From assembly GCA_043228905.1 (NCBI GenBank), contig JBHGNT010000018.1:16678001-16742000 (forward strand): 64,000 bases of DNA, written 5' to 3'. This DNA is from Azolla caroliniana (taxonomy: Eukaryota; Plantae; Polypodiophyta). Made by a program: the position numbers and the translations under genes. The notes below the pieces were generated by a model that saw nothing but the letters and a program-made list of their open reading frames with translations, ran no database searches and had not been told where the DNA came from. Shown in pieces: positions 36,388 through 49,200 of this stretch. Position 1 is the first letter of the stretch. The number at the start of each line of letters is the position of its first letter.

Positions 36388-39300
36388 GAACCCTTTCGCA
36401 ACAAGCCGAGCTTTGTACTTGGGTTTCTCTAAGTCAAATACATATTTCTATCGGAAAACCCATTTGCAAGGTAGCGGCTTTCTTCCAGCTGGTAATCAAC
36501 CAGTTCCCATGTCTGATTCTTGTGAATCGGGTCCATTTTGGATCTCATCATTTGCAGCCATGTATCGGCGTTCGTGCGGCCATAGCTTCGTCATATGTTC
36601 CTGGTTCGCCTGCATCGGTGTAGTTGATGTAGTCGAGGCCCAGTTGATAGAACTTTGTCAGCCTTTGAGCTCGTCCAGATCTCCTGGGCGTCGAGATAAG
36701 TGGTTTGGATTCTTCGATGGGATCTATCGGTCAACCGGTATTTGTTGAACCATTTTTGTTAGGAGTCTTGTTAGGTGACCCGCCCCCATGCTGGGATTTT
36801 AGCAGTGTCATGGCATTCTCCCCTATGGGCTTCGTCGACTCAGATCGCATCTTGTTGACTTTGCTTTGTTCGACTCTTGTTGAATCGGCTCTGTCTTCAA
36901 GTTCGACTATTAGACCTGTTGCCGATTTGGAGTTCGCAGGTATATTGTTGGCTTGTTCGAGTTCGATTGTTTGTCAAGTCTCTAAGTTGGCTCGGTGGGT
37001 CGGTCTTTCTACGACAACTCTGTCGTCTTCGAAGGATACCCTTTTACCAACTATTTTCTATTGGTTCCGTTGAGAGAAGATAGAGTCTTCATTGAAGACT
37101 ACGTCATTTTTCCGGATCAGTGTCTGGTTCTCTAGATCCCATAGCCGGTAGCCGGAGTTCCCATCGGTTCCATAACCGAGAAATATGCATTTCATTGCAT
37201 GGGGTGCCAACTTGGTCCTTTTCTCGCTGGGGATGAATGCGTAGGCTTCGCATCCCAATACATGGAACGGAGCCTATCATAGGTTGGTTGTTTGTCTGAC
37301 CATAGTGCCTGTGGCACTTCGAGTTCGATTGCTTTCGACGAAGAAATATTTACTAGGTATACCACCATCTGCAATGCCTCGGCCCAGAACTCCAACTTCA
37401 GTCCGGCTTGCTGGACTATTGCCATCACCCTCTCCTAGATCGTTCGGTTGATCCTTTCTGCCACTCCATTCTACATTTGTGTGTAAGGAACAGCCTTTTG
37501 GTGCCGGATCCCTTTGTCGGACAAGTACTGTTTAAAAGCTTCCGAGGTATATTCTCCTCCATTGTTGGATCTGAGTGCCTTCACTCTGTATCCCGACCGG
37601 TTCTCCACTTCAGTTGTCCATCGAGTGAAGATCTCGAGCATTTCGTCTTTGGACCTGATGGAGTAGGCCCAGACCTTCCGTGTACATTAATCTACAAAGG
37701 TGATGAAGTACCGGGAGTCTCCTAGTGATCGCTCTAGCATGGGCCCACATATATCTGTGTGCACGAGCCCTAGAGCATGTCGTACCATCTCATAGTGAAG
37801 AGCGTGTAGAATTCGGGTCTATTTCCCGTATCGACAATGCTCGCAGAAGTCTGTCTTTACTTGGAATTTAGGGATGTAGCCGACCACCATCAACCGATCA
37901 AGTCCGGCTTGAGACATATGGCTAAGTCGGCCATGCCTCTTTTCGGCTACATTCACGGCCCCTCCTGGATTGATTGCCATCAATGGGTACAAGTTGTTGT
38001 ACTTGTGCCCTCTCCCAACTCTAAGGTTTACTCGGCTAATCATCCATACCGACTCACTTAGAGTCGTTTTGTACCCTTCTTCAGCTAACATACCAATGGA
38101 GACCAGACTCCTTTTTGGATCGGGTAGGTGCTGCACTCAGTGCAGGGTGATGATGTTACCATTTGGCAATCTGATAGGAACCTCTTCAGTCCCAACGATT
38201 TTGCATTCTTGCCCATTGCCTAGTCGGACTATGCCGCTGACTTCGACTGAATAGTTCGAGAACCATTCAATGTTGGGGGTCACGTAAAACGTGGCACCGG
38301 AGTTCAGTAACCACATGTGTGCATCTTGTGCACTATAGAGGACTTCTCTAATCACTAAATCCTCTAAGGAGAGAATTTCTCTTGATCGAGTGTCGGCAAC
38401 ATTGATTTGGTTGCCTGTAGGAGAGTGGTCTGAGTCGGGTCGTCCTCGATTCCGCTCGGATCACTGACCACTCTCTTTTTTCTTGATTGACCAGCAGTCG
38501 GAAACATTGTGGCCACCTTTTCTGCAATGTGTGCAGAATTTGCCTGATCGGCTCATTCTCGACTTCGACCGTTGTCGTTCTCCCGTCGTTTTTGATCGGT
38601 TGGTATTCCGACCGGTTCTATCAGCTTGCTCTCTCGTTTGACTCTGTCGGTCAAACGAATCGGTCGAGTGATGGGCTTCTGCCAATTCATCGATGGTAAG
38701 TCCCATTGATTTTCGCCGAATTTCCTCAGTGAGGACTTGGCCGATCGTCTCATCCAGATTTAGGATTGGTCGGCTATTGGCGTATGTCATGTAGAATACC
38801 TCCCAACTCGCCGGCAAGCTCGATAGGAGGGCAAGGGCTTTCACTTCTTCTTCAAAGTTGATCCCTTGTGAGGAGAGTTCTGACAACACCCGGTTGAAGG
38901 TGTTGATGTGGGAGGTAGTCGGATCGGACACTCTCATCTTCATGTTGACCAGTTGTTTGATCAAAATCAGTTTTGAAGATGAGGACTTTTTCTTGTACAC
39001 GGCTTGTAGTTTCTAGCACAATGAGAGCGTTGTCGTCTCTTTTGCCATGTTGAAGTAGACGTTTTCGGCTAGATGCATTCGGATAGTGGAGTGCACGATT
39101 TCATCTGTAGATCTCCACTCTTCGGATGTCATCAAGGCAGGTTTTTCACTGTGTCGAATGGCTTCGACTTGTCTTCTAATGATCAGCACGTCCTGCATCA
39201 TCTCCTTGCAAAGGGCAAAGTTTTTGCCATTGAATTGTTCTATATGTTGAAGCCATATTCTTCTTTGAATGTGAGATTTTACTGACCTGGTCTTTTTCTG

Positions 39301-39631
39301 TTGTCTGTTGCCGCCGAGTAATAAATCGCTCTTATACCAATTGAGGGATAAATATGCGCGGAAACATATGTGAGGACCTGTCGGTTATGCTCAGCACACA
39401 ACATAGAAGGAAGGCAAGAAGATATAGACAAATGATAGACACACATATGAAGCTTTAATGGAAGCTCTCTTTATTACTGTTTTCTCTCTCTCTCTCAAAG
39501 ATTCGATGTACAAGATGATCAAGCGCTCTATCTTTACAATGTTAGGTTATCGCTTATATACTAAGCCCTAACTCTTTAGAACAGTTCACACTAGGATACA
39601 AAGTAGAAGGAGTTGGCCTTTTATGCCAACA
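36388..39631 (-). mobile_element. Truncated Ty1/Copia element (5' LTR 39342-39631, PBS, gag, protease, integrase; RT, RNase H and 3' LTR missing)
   Basis: LTR reads TGTTGG...CCTCA on minus; tRNA-iMet PBS TGGTATAAGAGC at 39328-39339; ALALLSSLPASWE, CTHCRKGGHNVSDC, WLLNSGATFYV, RL.HMS...FCEHC.YGK, FWAEA, KCIFLGY..GYRLWD. Confidence 0.88.
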
Positions 39632-42357
39632 GGGAGCAACAACAACGATCTTGCCGACACCAATTCGTTATTACGAAACTTGGGAGGACAAGAAACAACA
39701 TTTTCGGGCTTGGAAGAGAGTAATAATTCCAGGTTGGACGAAGACACATCCGACGAGCAAAGTAACCAGCAGCGCCAGGATTGGACCACCACAACACCAA
39801 ACGAGCAATGCGAAGAAAGCCCAACACCATCGCCACAGGTAGAAGTGGTGAACAAGGAGGAAGAGTCCTCAGTAGTAACATCAGATAAGAACCTAGTTAC
39901 ACCAACCGACAAGAAAGCAAAGTTGGAGAATTCGAATCGAGAGACAGAAATTTTCGTCATAAAGCAGGGGGAAGACAATATGTCGTACCCCTACCCGAAG
40001 TATAATGACGAGCTCAATGTAGAGCCCCAAGATGAATGGTTCCAGTGGGACGATAGATACTGACTAGAGTATCGACCTCGATATGCAAACAGCTACAAAA
40101 TGGAGGACTACCGAAGACGATGCTATGATAGGGATTATTCCCCTTATTACGATCAGGAGAGTCGAACAGAACAAAGATACGCAGATCGGCAAGGGTACGG
40201 CGACCAACGCCGTAGTTACGATCCAAGGCATGGTACCGATAATCGATAGAATGAACGCCGATACCCGCCACAGGACTATAGAAGAGCTCCGAAGGACAAA
40301 AGAAAGCCATAGAAGGCGAGACTATTCCAACAAAACCCTAGAGGGCTAGAGGAACCGGCACGGCCAGGCTCCAAAACACAACCTATCATAACAAATTAAG
40401 CATAAACAAGTGAACCCCGTAAACTATATTGTTACTTCTTCCGACAAGAAGGGCATTATAGTAGTCAATGTCCATTAAAAGGAAAAGGCCAAGCGTCGGC
40501 AGTTAATATGTTGACTGCAGAGGTGGCCAAAGTACAGCAAGTCACCACCCGGTCAAAAGAGAAAATTGTACAATGGGAGGCCCATGAAGTTGTAAGAAAG
40601 ACAACACAGCAATGGGTGGAGAAAATGAATCAACAAAATGCAGAAAAACTACTCCAAGAATTAAACAAGTAGGCACCGAAAGGGAAACAGGCAACAGAGG
40701 AAGAACCACTGACAGAGGACATGGCTTTGCCGGCGCCAGATGCTCTTTTACACTATACACAACCAAGTGAAGGGCCAACAATAATTGATGACTAGAATTC
40801 GGCAGTAAAAGTAATTATCAAAGGCGTCGAAATACCTGGAACAATAATTGATAGCGGCTCTGGTGTAAATGTAATCAGCGAGAACACCTATGACAAATTA
40901 GGCATCCGAGAATGGAAACCATGCCCATTCTGTTTGCGAATGGTAGACACGACTTCAGTCTGGCCAACGAGGCTGGTCCAGAATCTAGAAATCGCCATGG
41001 ATGGACATCCATTCCAAATATCCATGGTGGTACTGCGGCTGAACTTGCCAAGGGCTTACCCCTTGCTATTAGGACGATCGTAGCTTAAGACGGCCCATAT
41101 TAAACAAAATTGGCAAAAGGACATTATTAGCTTCTACTGGGGGGAAACAAAAGTTTGAGTGCCGACACAGGAGCGTGTGACCATTACAAAGCACTTGACA
41201 ACGTTTTATGCGAAAGGGGTCTGCATGTTGGACGGATTGGTGGGCGAGAAAGTGAATCAATACCTGGAGGAGAACCCACATATAGCGTTGTTGTTCGAGA
41301 TTGATGTGCCAAAAGCCATAATTTCGTATGTAACTGGCTGAGTCACAGAGGAGGATCCAACTAAACCAGACCTGGAAGCTATCCAAGAGCTCAACGAGGC
41401 GCAGGAGACATTGGAAAAAGAATTAGCCGTATTCCAGCAAGTAAAGGCGTTGACGCTGGAAGAGGTCAATTTGGGAAAGGCCAAAGAACTGCGATCAGTA
41501 AGCATGGTGAAGGAATTGCATCCAGAAGAAAAATCAGAGATGGTGGGATTATTGAAGGAATTCAAGGATGTTTTTGCCTAGTCGTACGAAGACATGAAGG
41601 GATTAGATCCGAAATTCTACCAACATCTACTTCACTTGAGTAAGGACACAAAACCAATATCCCAAAGGCAATATTGGATGAACCTAACTATGCAATAAAA
41701 CTAAAAGAGGAAATCGACATATTGTTAAGGGTCAGATTTATACAACCGATAAAGCATACTACGTGGTTGAGCCTGATAGTGGTAGTACCCAAGAAGAACG
41801 GGAAAATCAGGGTCTGTGTCAATTATCGAAAGCTAAACGCAGCAACAGTCACAAACACCTTTTTGCTTCCCTTTATGAATGGAGTACTCGATGCAATAGC
41901 CAGCAACAAGGTTTACAGTTTTTTGGATGGATTCAACGGTCACAACTAGATTAGAATGCATCCAGCCGATCAGGAAAAAATGGCATTCATCACAGAATGG
42001 GGAGTGTTTGTTGCAATAGTCATGATGTTCGAATTAAAGACAACGCCAACAACATTTTAGCAAATCATTATGGATATTTTCAGCCATTATATTCCGACAA
42101 TTATGTAGGTATCCCTTGATGATTTTGCACTATAGAACCGGAAAGCCAAACACCTGGGCCATCATCAGAGGTGTATACTGAAATGTCGAATTTCGCGACT
42201 AAGTTTGAATCCGGCCAAATGTGCATTCGAAGTCACAAGCGGCGTGCTATTAGGGCTTATTGTGACCAAGGAGGGTATTGCGGTCAATCCAGATAAGGTA
42301 AGGGCCTTCTTGGGGGCACTAGCCCCAACGAATGCCAAAGCACTAAGCCGATTTTAG
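39632..42357 (+). pseudogene. Degenerate Athila/Tat-like Gypsy gag-protease-RT
   Basis: C.FF.Q.GH...QC knuckle near 40430, IIDSGSGVNVI near 40845, WLSLIVVVPKKNGKIRVCVNYRKLN, YSFLDGFNG, LNPAKCAF; many stops. Confidence 0.82.
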
Positions 42358-44229
42358 GTCATAATGTATGAAGTGTGAGCCTCCACATTTTTCCCATGTC
42401 ATAATACATTGGCATTTCAGAAAAGCCACATTTACAAAGGAATCTAGTGATGCATCATGAAACAAGTGTGTTGCATCACATGTTCCAAACCATTTTTCCA
42501 TTATCTTGCATCCAACTAGACCACAATATTTTGCTTTAATTTTTCCTTTAGATTTTCTTGGTTACTTCCCATGCAATTCTAGGAAGTTAGGTAAGGGACT
42601 TTTTGGAACCTTAAGCATGACATATTTGGCAACCCTTACCATGCATATAATTTCAATGGGAAGCGATCATGTCTCAAGAAGGAGGGTGTATAGCGTTTGT
42701 TTCTTGACTTGGAGAAACTTTGTAAGAAAATGCTTTTGGACATTTTCAAACTCTTTCCAAGTAGATTTAAGGATGCTACTTCCCCATACTTCCACTCTAT
42801 AGAGAAGCTAATTTGTAAGGAACAAAGTGTAGGGATTGAGCTATCTCAATCCTACTGAAGGAGATAACTTTAGAGTGTTTCATCACTTGGCCACTTATAA
42901 AAAACAAACCAAGTTTAAAATGTATCAGGGCCTACAGTTTGAGCTTATGTAAGAAGGTTAGCTACCTTCATGAGGATGGGTCATCTTTATGGTATTGGAT
43001 AGAGAATCCAATAGTCTGGCAAAGCTCTAGCTTCATACATGTTTTCTCTTCCTTCTTCAAACCCAAGGTATGATACATGTCTGTACTCACTAGTATAAGA
43101 CAATGATAGGGGACTCAAATCTGTCTCTCACCTTCGCTAAGCGTTTTCTAGTTGGAACTTTCTTCCTTGTTTTTCTCATTAATTTTTCTTAACAGTAATT
43201 AAGTTTCTTACACCAAGCTAGAACAAAACCAAAGACCATGTAGAGCAACATCATACATAGAGAAGAAGGTAAGAAATGTAGGCCTGATCATTTTCTTGGC
43301 ACTTAAGAATGAGGAGATCCAAGATAAGCCTAACATAGTTGGCACTTGACAATAATACAAGTGTCCACGATGAAAGGACATATGCCCAATGCAAATGGAA
43401 CAGTGAGTGGAGGAATTGATGGAGAAAGAAGATAAGCATGAAAAAGAGCCCAGTAGATAATCATGATAAAGCAGAAAAGAAATGGGATAAACCAGATCGA
43501 GAACAGACACTCGAGATAAGGAGAAGAGGAATAGTGAGACTGACATTCATAGAGTAAGCCGCATATACCTGATCCAATTTGACCTAGCAAGTTGGAGGAA
43601 GACTTTTTGAAACCCAAATTTTGAAATCAAAGATATACTCGATAGTAAATTGGCACTTGTGACGAAATAGAGGACAAGGGAGATGGGGTAAGCCCAGCAT
43701 AGGCTCAACACCCGAAGCAAAACCCCAATCAAATCTCGAAATTTTTTATCATATTTTTTATTGCCAATATTGATCTTGCCTAATCAAGATTGAATATAAA
43801 GGAGCAACGTGAAGTCCACAACCTCGCAATTTCCACAACTTTGATCGAGTCTTCAACTATATCGAGACAACGAAGCTTAAGGGGACACACAACTGACCTT
43901 GAGGGGGCATGCTCAGAATCAAGATCACCTCATGTCAAAATGTGCTTATGGAGAAAAGCACAATGTTTATAAAAGTGTGGAACACACTTTATTGTAATCG
44001 ATGTGAACTACCTAGTTACACATAACTAAATTATGGCATCTAGTTTGTTGTCAAGTGTGAATTTGGTCAAAAGAGTATTAAATAGTCTTATGACATAAGG
44101 ATACTCAAGTGGATGCTTATGACTAGACTCCACAAGCACATTTAATGTGGGAGTCCCTTGAGGACTTAGCCATTTGTTCTCGATGGTATTTTTTTAGTTG
44201 ATCAATGTAGTTTTCTCTTCTATGCATAA

Positions 44230-44585
44230 CCTCTCGTCCCTCTCCTTTGTACATTTCATTTGTTGTTTTATCTTATTCCTTCTCTTGCTCACACATGCAC
44301 AATGATTCCACACAACATAATATCACAATGATTCTACACAATATAATATTGAGAAATGAATCGTCAATCCACAAGAAAAAAGAATACGCTAAAATACACA
44401 ACTCGGAAACACAGAAAACAGTGTACAGTTTTAACATGGAAACCCTGAGATAGGAGAAAACCACGGAGAACAAGACTTTACTATACAGTGGATATACAAT
44501 GGAGAAGATTACAACACTCTCTGTGTGGAGTGTATCAGCCTCACAAGGCTCTTGGCGTCTGCTGTTATGAACACAGCTATGGCAC

Positions 44586-44645
<60 letters not shown>
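44230..44645 (-). repeat. LTR fragment (family of 10995-11840) ending in (CT)n
   Basis: Reverse-complement match to 11355-11530; near-identical block at 52061-52160. Confidence 0.6.
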
Positions 44646-44646
<1 letters not shown>

Positions 44647-44649
44647 AGG

Positions 44650-45760
44650 AGCTTGGGAAGCATCCCAATATTGGGAACTCTACCATATGCTCATGAGTAG
44701 GGATTGCACCCTTGCATGGAAGAGACTATGGGAACCGCGACCACAAACACCCATCGAGGATCCCAATATTTGGCACACATATATAGAGAGACTCTACCAT
44801 GTACCGAACCAACCACCCATCCCAATGCCTTCCACACCCCGACCTAACATGGGGACACTTTCCACGACATCTAGGGTCATGAAGGTCATAAAAAAATTAC
44901 AACATAGGAAATCTATGGACCACATAGGATTGCAAGCCTAGCACATTATATATGCTCGAGAGTGCCTAGCCCCCTTTCTCACTCTAATCTTCAACCGCAC
45001 CCTCGCCGAGGGTTTTACACCACAATGGACCATGAACACAGTGGCCCCTATACATAAAGGAGGGGACCCAATGGACCCAAATACATATAGGACCATTATG
45101 ATAGGCCATACGCTCGCTAAACTTTATGGTGTGGTAATGGAAGTGGAGCTTAGCGATTATATGGAAACATTAAGTCTTCGAGCACCTAAGCAAGTTGGCT
45201 TTAGACGAGCCTTCTCCACTATTGACCATATCTTCACACTTAATTGACCAGACGAAGGCTCGTAAGAAGAAACTATATTGTCGCTTTGTGGACTTCTGCA
45301 AAGCCTTTGACACAGTTCCTAGGGAAAAGTTGTTTGATAGACTTAAGAGCTTGGAGATACCAAATGACATGATCTGGACCATTTATGCCCTATATGAGCA
45401 AGTCTCTGGGTGCGTAAGATGCCCAGGTGGCCTATCTGATTGTTTCACTAGCACTATTGGTGTAAAACAGGGTTGCCCCCTATCACCAACTCTTTTTGGG
45501 ATCTACATTGATGAGATCACTGATTTTATTGCTTGTAAGGGAGGCAAGGGGGTAGCTATTGGGGATACGCAAGTTAGTCTCTTACTCTATGCAGACGACA
45601 TTGTCTTGCTCTCGGAGTCAGAACACGACCTACAAAAGCATCTTAATGCCCTAGATCTTTTGTACACAACGAGGACTGGTAGTGAATCTAGCGAAAACTA
45701 AAGTCCTTATCTTTCATAGATCGTCTCGAGTTTGGAGTAAATGTCACCTAATCCTCTCTC
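44650..45760 (+). pseudogene. Non-LTR retrotransposon (LINE) reverse transcriptase fragment
   Basis: PIHKGGD..DPNTYRTIMI, QVGFRRAFSTIDHIF, FVDFCKAFDTVPR, GVKQGCPLSPTLF, LLYADDIVL; frameshifted. Confidence 0.9.
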
Positions 45761-46264
45761 ATACCCTTCACTAATGTAAATATTTGTGACCTACCCTCAC
45801 CAACGTTATGTGTACATAACAATAAAGAAGGGGAGTATTAAAAAGGGTATGTTCACTAATGTTAAAAAGGGGCTAATGTGATTGGATAGAAGGAATGATA
45901 GGTGCATGCACTATCGTGATTTGGGAAACCAATGAATGGAGACCCTTTTAGAAAGGCACATCTATTCAAGGGGGCCTAGGAAAAGGTATAAATATGAGGC
46001 TTAGCTACCCTCATAAGCACATTATGTCGGAAGGGTGATGTCTTAGACACCGGTGGTGCGGGCTAGGCTTTCATCACGACGATTGTGTTTATCTCTTCCA
46101 AGGTATAAGTCATCCTAATATCCGGTAGTATGGGACGTCGGTGGTAGGTTGGCTATGTCTAGATCATAGCTCGAGGGTGGTCGGGAGGAACAGGTTCTTC
46201 TATCCATTCTATTTTCCTTATTTTACTTTAGTTTGGTCTATTGATTAGTAATAGACTCTTAACA

Positions 46265-49200
46265 TTTACACTCTCGTTTAACGCTCACACTTATCCACGT
46301 GTATAGAATACTTCGGTGAATTCTCACCACAAGATTTTATATGGTCATGCCCGTAACATACTCCCCCTCTTTAAAACATTGCACTCTTGCAATGGAAAGT
46401 TAGAGAAGTTAGTTCAAAGAGTATTTTCGCGTTCCCATGTGGCATATTTGATAGATTTATCCATCCATTTAATTTTAAATTCTCATACTATTTTAGTATG
46501 CAGATTTTTTGTTTTAACATCGAGAATTATTTCTGGTACATGTGGTTTAGAAGATAATTCTTCAGAAGTAACCAAAGTTTGAGTTGTAATTGTATTGTTG
46601 CCAGAACCTAGAAGTTCTTTTAGACGACTTACATGAAAAAGTGGATGAATTTCAACGTCATCAAGAAGAGCGAGACGATAGGCTGATGAACCAATGTGTT
46701 TAAGGACTTGAAAAGCTCCACAAAACTGTGGGGCTAACTTAGCGCACTTACCCGTAGACAATGTCTTAGAATTGTGAGGTACACGTAAAAATACCTTCTG
46801 TCCAGGGTTGAATACACGAGGTTGCCTATTATGATTGGCATAAAAACGCGCTCTATCTTGAGCTGTTTTTATATTATCTCGTGCAATATGCAACATATCT
46901 TGCATATCCCAAAGAAAGTTTTGTGTACTTTGCAACTCATCATGATGTATATTAACATCAATCGGGGCTCGTCGCTGAAAACCATACATCAACATTAAAG
47001 GACTCTATCCCATGGATGAATGCTTAGAGCTGTTATAAGCAAACTCCAAAATTGGGAGATAACATTCCCATTTTGTTGGTTTTGCACCAACATATGCTCA
47101 AAGCATGTCCTCAATAATTTGATTTACTCGTTCTGTTTGCCCATCGGATTGAGGATGATCCTTGGAGCTCATGCTCAACGTAGTTTCTAACTTCTTAAAG
47201 ACTTGCATCCAGAAGTCACTAGTAAACTTTAGATCTCGAGCACTCACAATATCCATTGGTAACCCATAAAAACGAAATAACTCGTCAACGAATTGGTAAG
47301 CCAATTCAGGAGTTGTTACCGTGGTTTTAGTAGCAATAAATCTGGCCATTTTAGTTAGTCTATCAACCACAACCTAGATGGCATCATGGCCTTTTTGGGT
47401 GTGAGGAAGGCTAACAATAAAGTTCATGGATATACTTTCCCACTTATTATTGGGAATGTCCAATGGATGTAAAATTCCTGCGGCTTTAAGTAGTTCGGAT
47501 TTGTTAACCTGACATTGTGACATTTAGTCACATAGCTATGTATGTTAGGACGCATCTTAGGCCAATAGAATTGAGTGGAGATGAGAATGAGTGTACGATG
47601 TATTCCAGGGTGCCCTGTTGAGGGTGCATCATGGCATTCAAAAAGAATTCTCTTTTTAAGCTCAGGAAAATCTGGAACACAAACCTTCCCATTACGGTAG
47701 AGCATATCATTAGCAATGTGGAAGGATTCCTTTGAGGATGTGGTGGTGTTTGTTCCAGACTCAACTCTTGCCTAGTATTTCACAAAATAACGGTCATCAA
47801 GATACTTTCCTCGAAGGTGATCATAAAGACTTGATGTTATTTCAGTGAAGCTAAGCATGTTAACTTCATAGATGTGACTTCGTGCATCAGCGACAGTGTT
47901 CATGGAACCTTTACGATATCGTATGGAAAAACCAAAGTCCTGGATGAGATATGCCCATCGTGCCTTACGACCTTTAAGGTCTTGTTGGTCACAAAAGTAT
48001 TTCAAGGACACATGGTCCATAGTTACCACAAAATGATTTCCATAAAGATAAGAAGCGAAGGAGCCTTGCACACCAGGTCCTTGAGTTCCTTAAAGGCGAG
48101 GTCTAGTGTAACATTCCACACAATTGGTTTTGTAGACTTACGTGTTTGACCTTTTAGAAGATCAATAAACGGCGTCGTCAATTGGGAGTAATTACGAAGG
48201 GATTTTCCCAAAAACCCGACAAAACCAAGGAATGATCAAACTTCTCGAATATTCCAAAGAGTGGGCCAAAGTTTGATTTTCTCGATGCTAGAAGGATCAA
48301 TTTCAACTCCTCGTTCGGTTATGAGATGTTCAAGATAAGTAATTGATTTCTTGAAGAACTCACATTTTGAGATCTTCGCGTAGAATTGCTTGTCGCGCAA
48401 TGTTTGTAAAACAAAGCAGACATGTTTAGCATGTTCTTCTAATGTACGACTATAAACTAGAATATCATCCAAGAAAATAACGACAAAGTTTCCAAGTTGT
48501 TCTTGGAAAATTTCATTCATTTCTTGTTGAAATGTGGCTGGAGCATTGGTCAAACCAAAAGACATAACCAAAAACTCATAATGGCCATAGCGCGTACGAA
48601 ATGTCATATTAGGAACATTGTCCTCACTTATACGAATTTCATGGTAGCCAGTACGGAGATCAAGTTTTGTAAAATACCGAGCTCCCTGGAGACAATCAAT
48701 TAGATCGTCATCCTGGGGCAATGGATATGAATTCTTGATCGTCACTTTATTCAGGCGTCAATAATTAATACACATACGCCATGTGCCCTCTTTCTTTTTT
48801 ACCAAGAGAACAGGTGCACCCCATGGAGATTTACTATAACGTATATAACCCATTCGTAAATAGTCCTTGAATTGCTTAGATACCTCATCCACTTCGGATT
48901 GACTGAAGCGATAAGGAGGTATACTTATTGGTGCAATGTCATTTACAATATCTATACGATGGTCTATATTACGTTTAGGAGGTAACCCATGTGGTAGTTC
49001 ACTCGGAAAACATCACGAAAATCATTTAAGATTTCATCGAGTTGTTGTTCAAAATATGATAATTGACCCGAGACATTATCGATATTGTAAACGTAAATGT
49101 TAGGATCAAGTACACAATAAAATAAAGTAGAACAAGACAACTCGGATATTGATGGCGAGGAAACAATCGAAAGAGATTGTTTTTTAACACATTGAATAAA

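Noticed and set aside
42360-44200. Possible further LTR element remnant (PPT-like tgagggggca then TG near 43900)
   Set aside because: No matching second LTR or coding motif in the window
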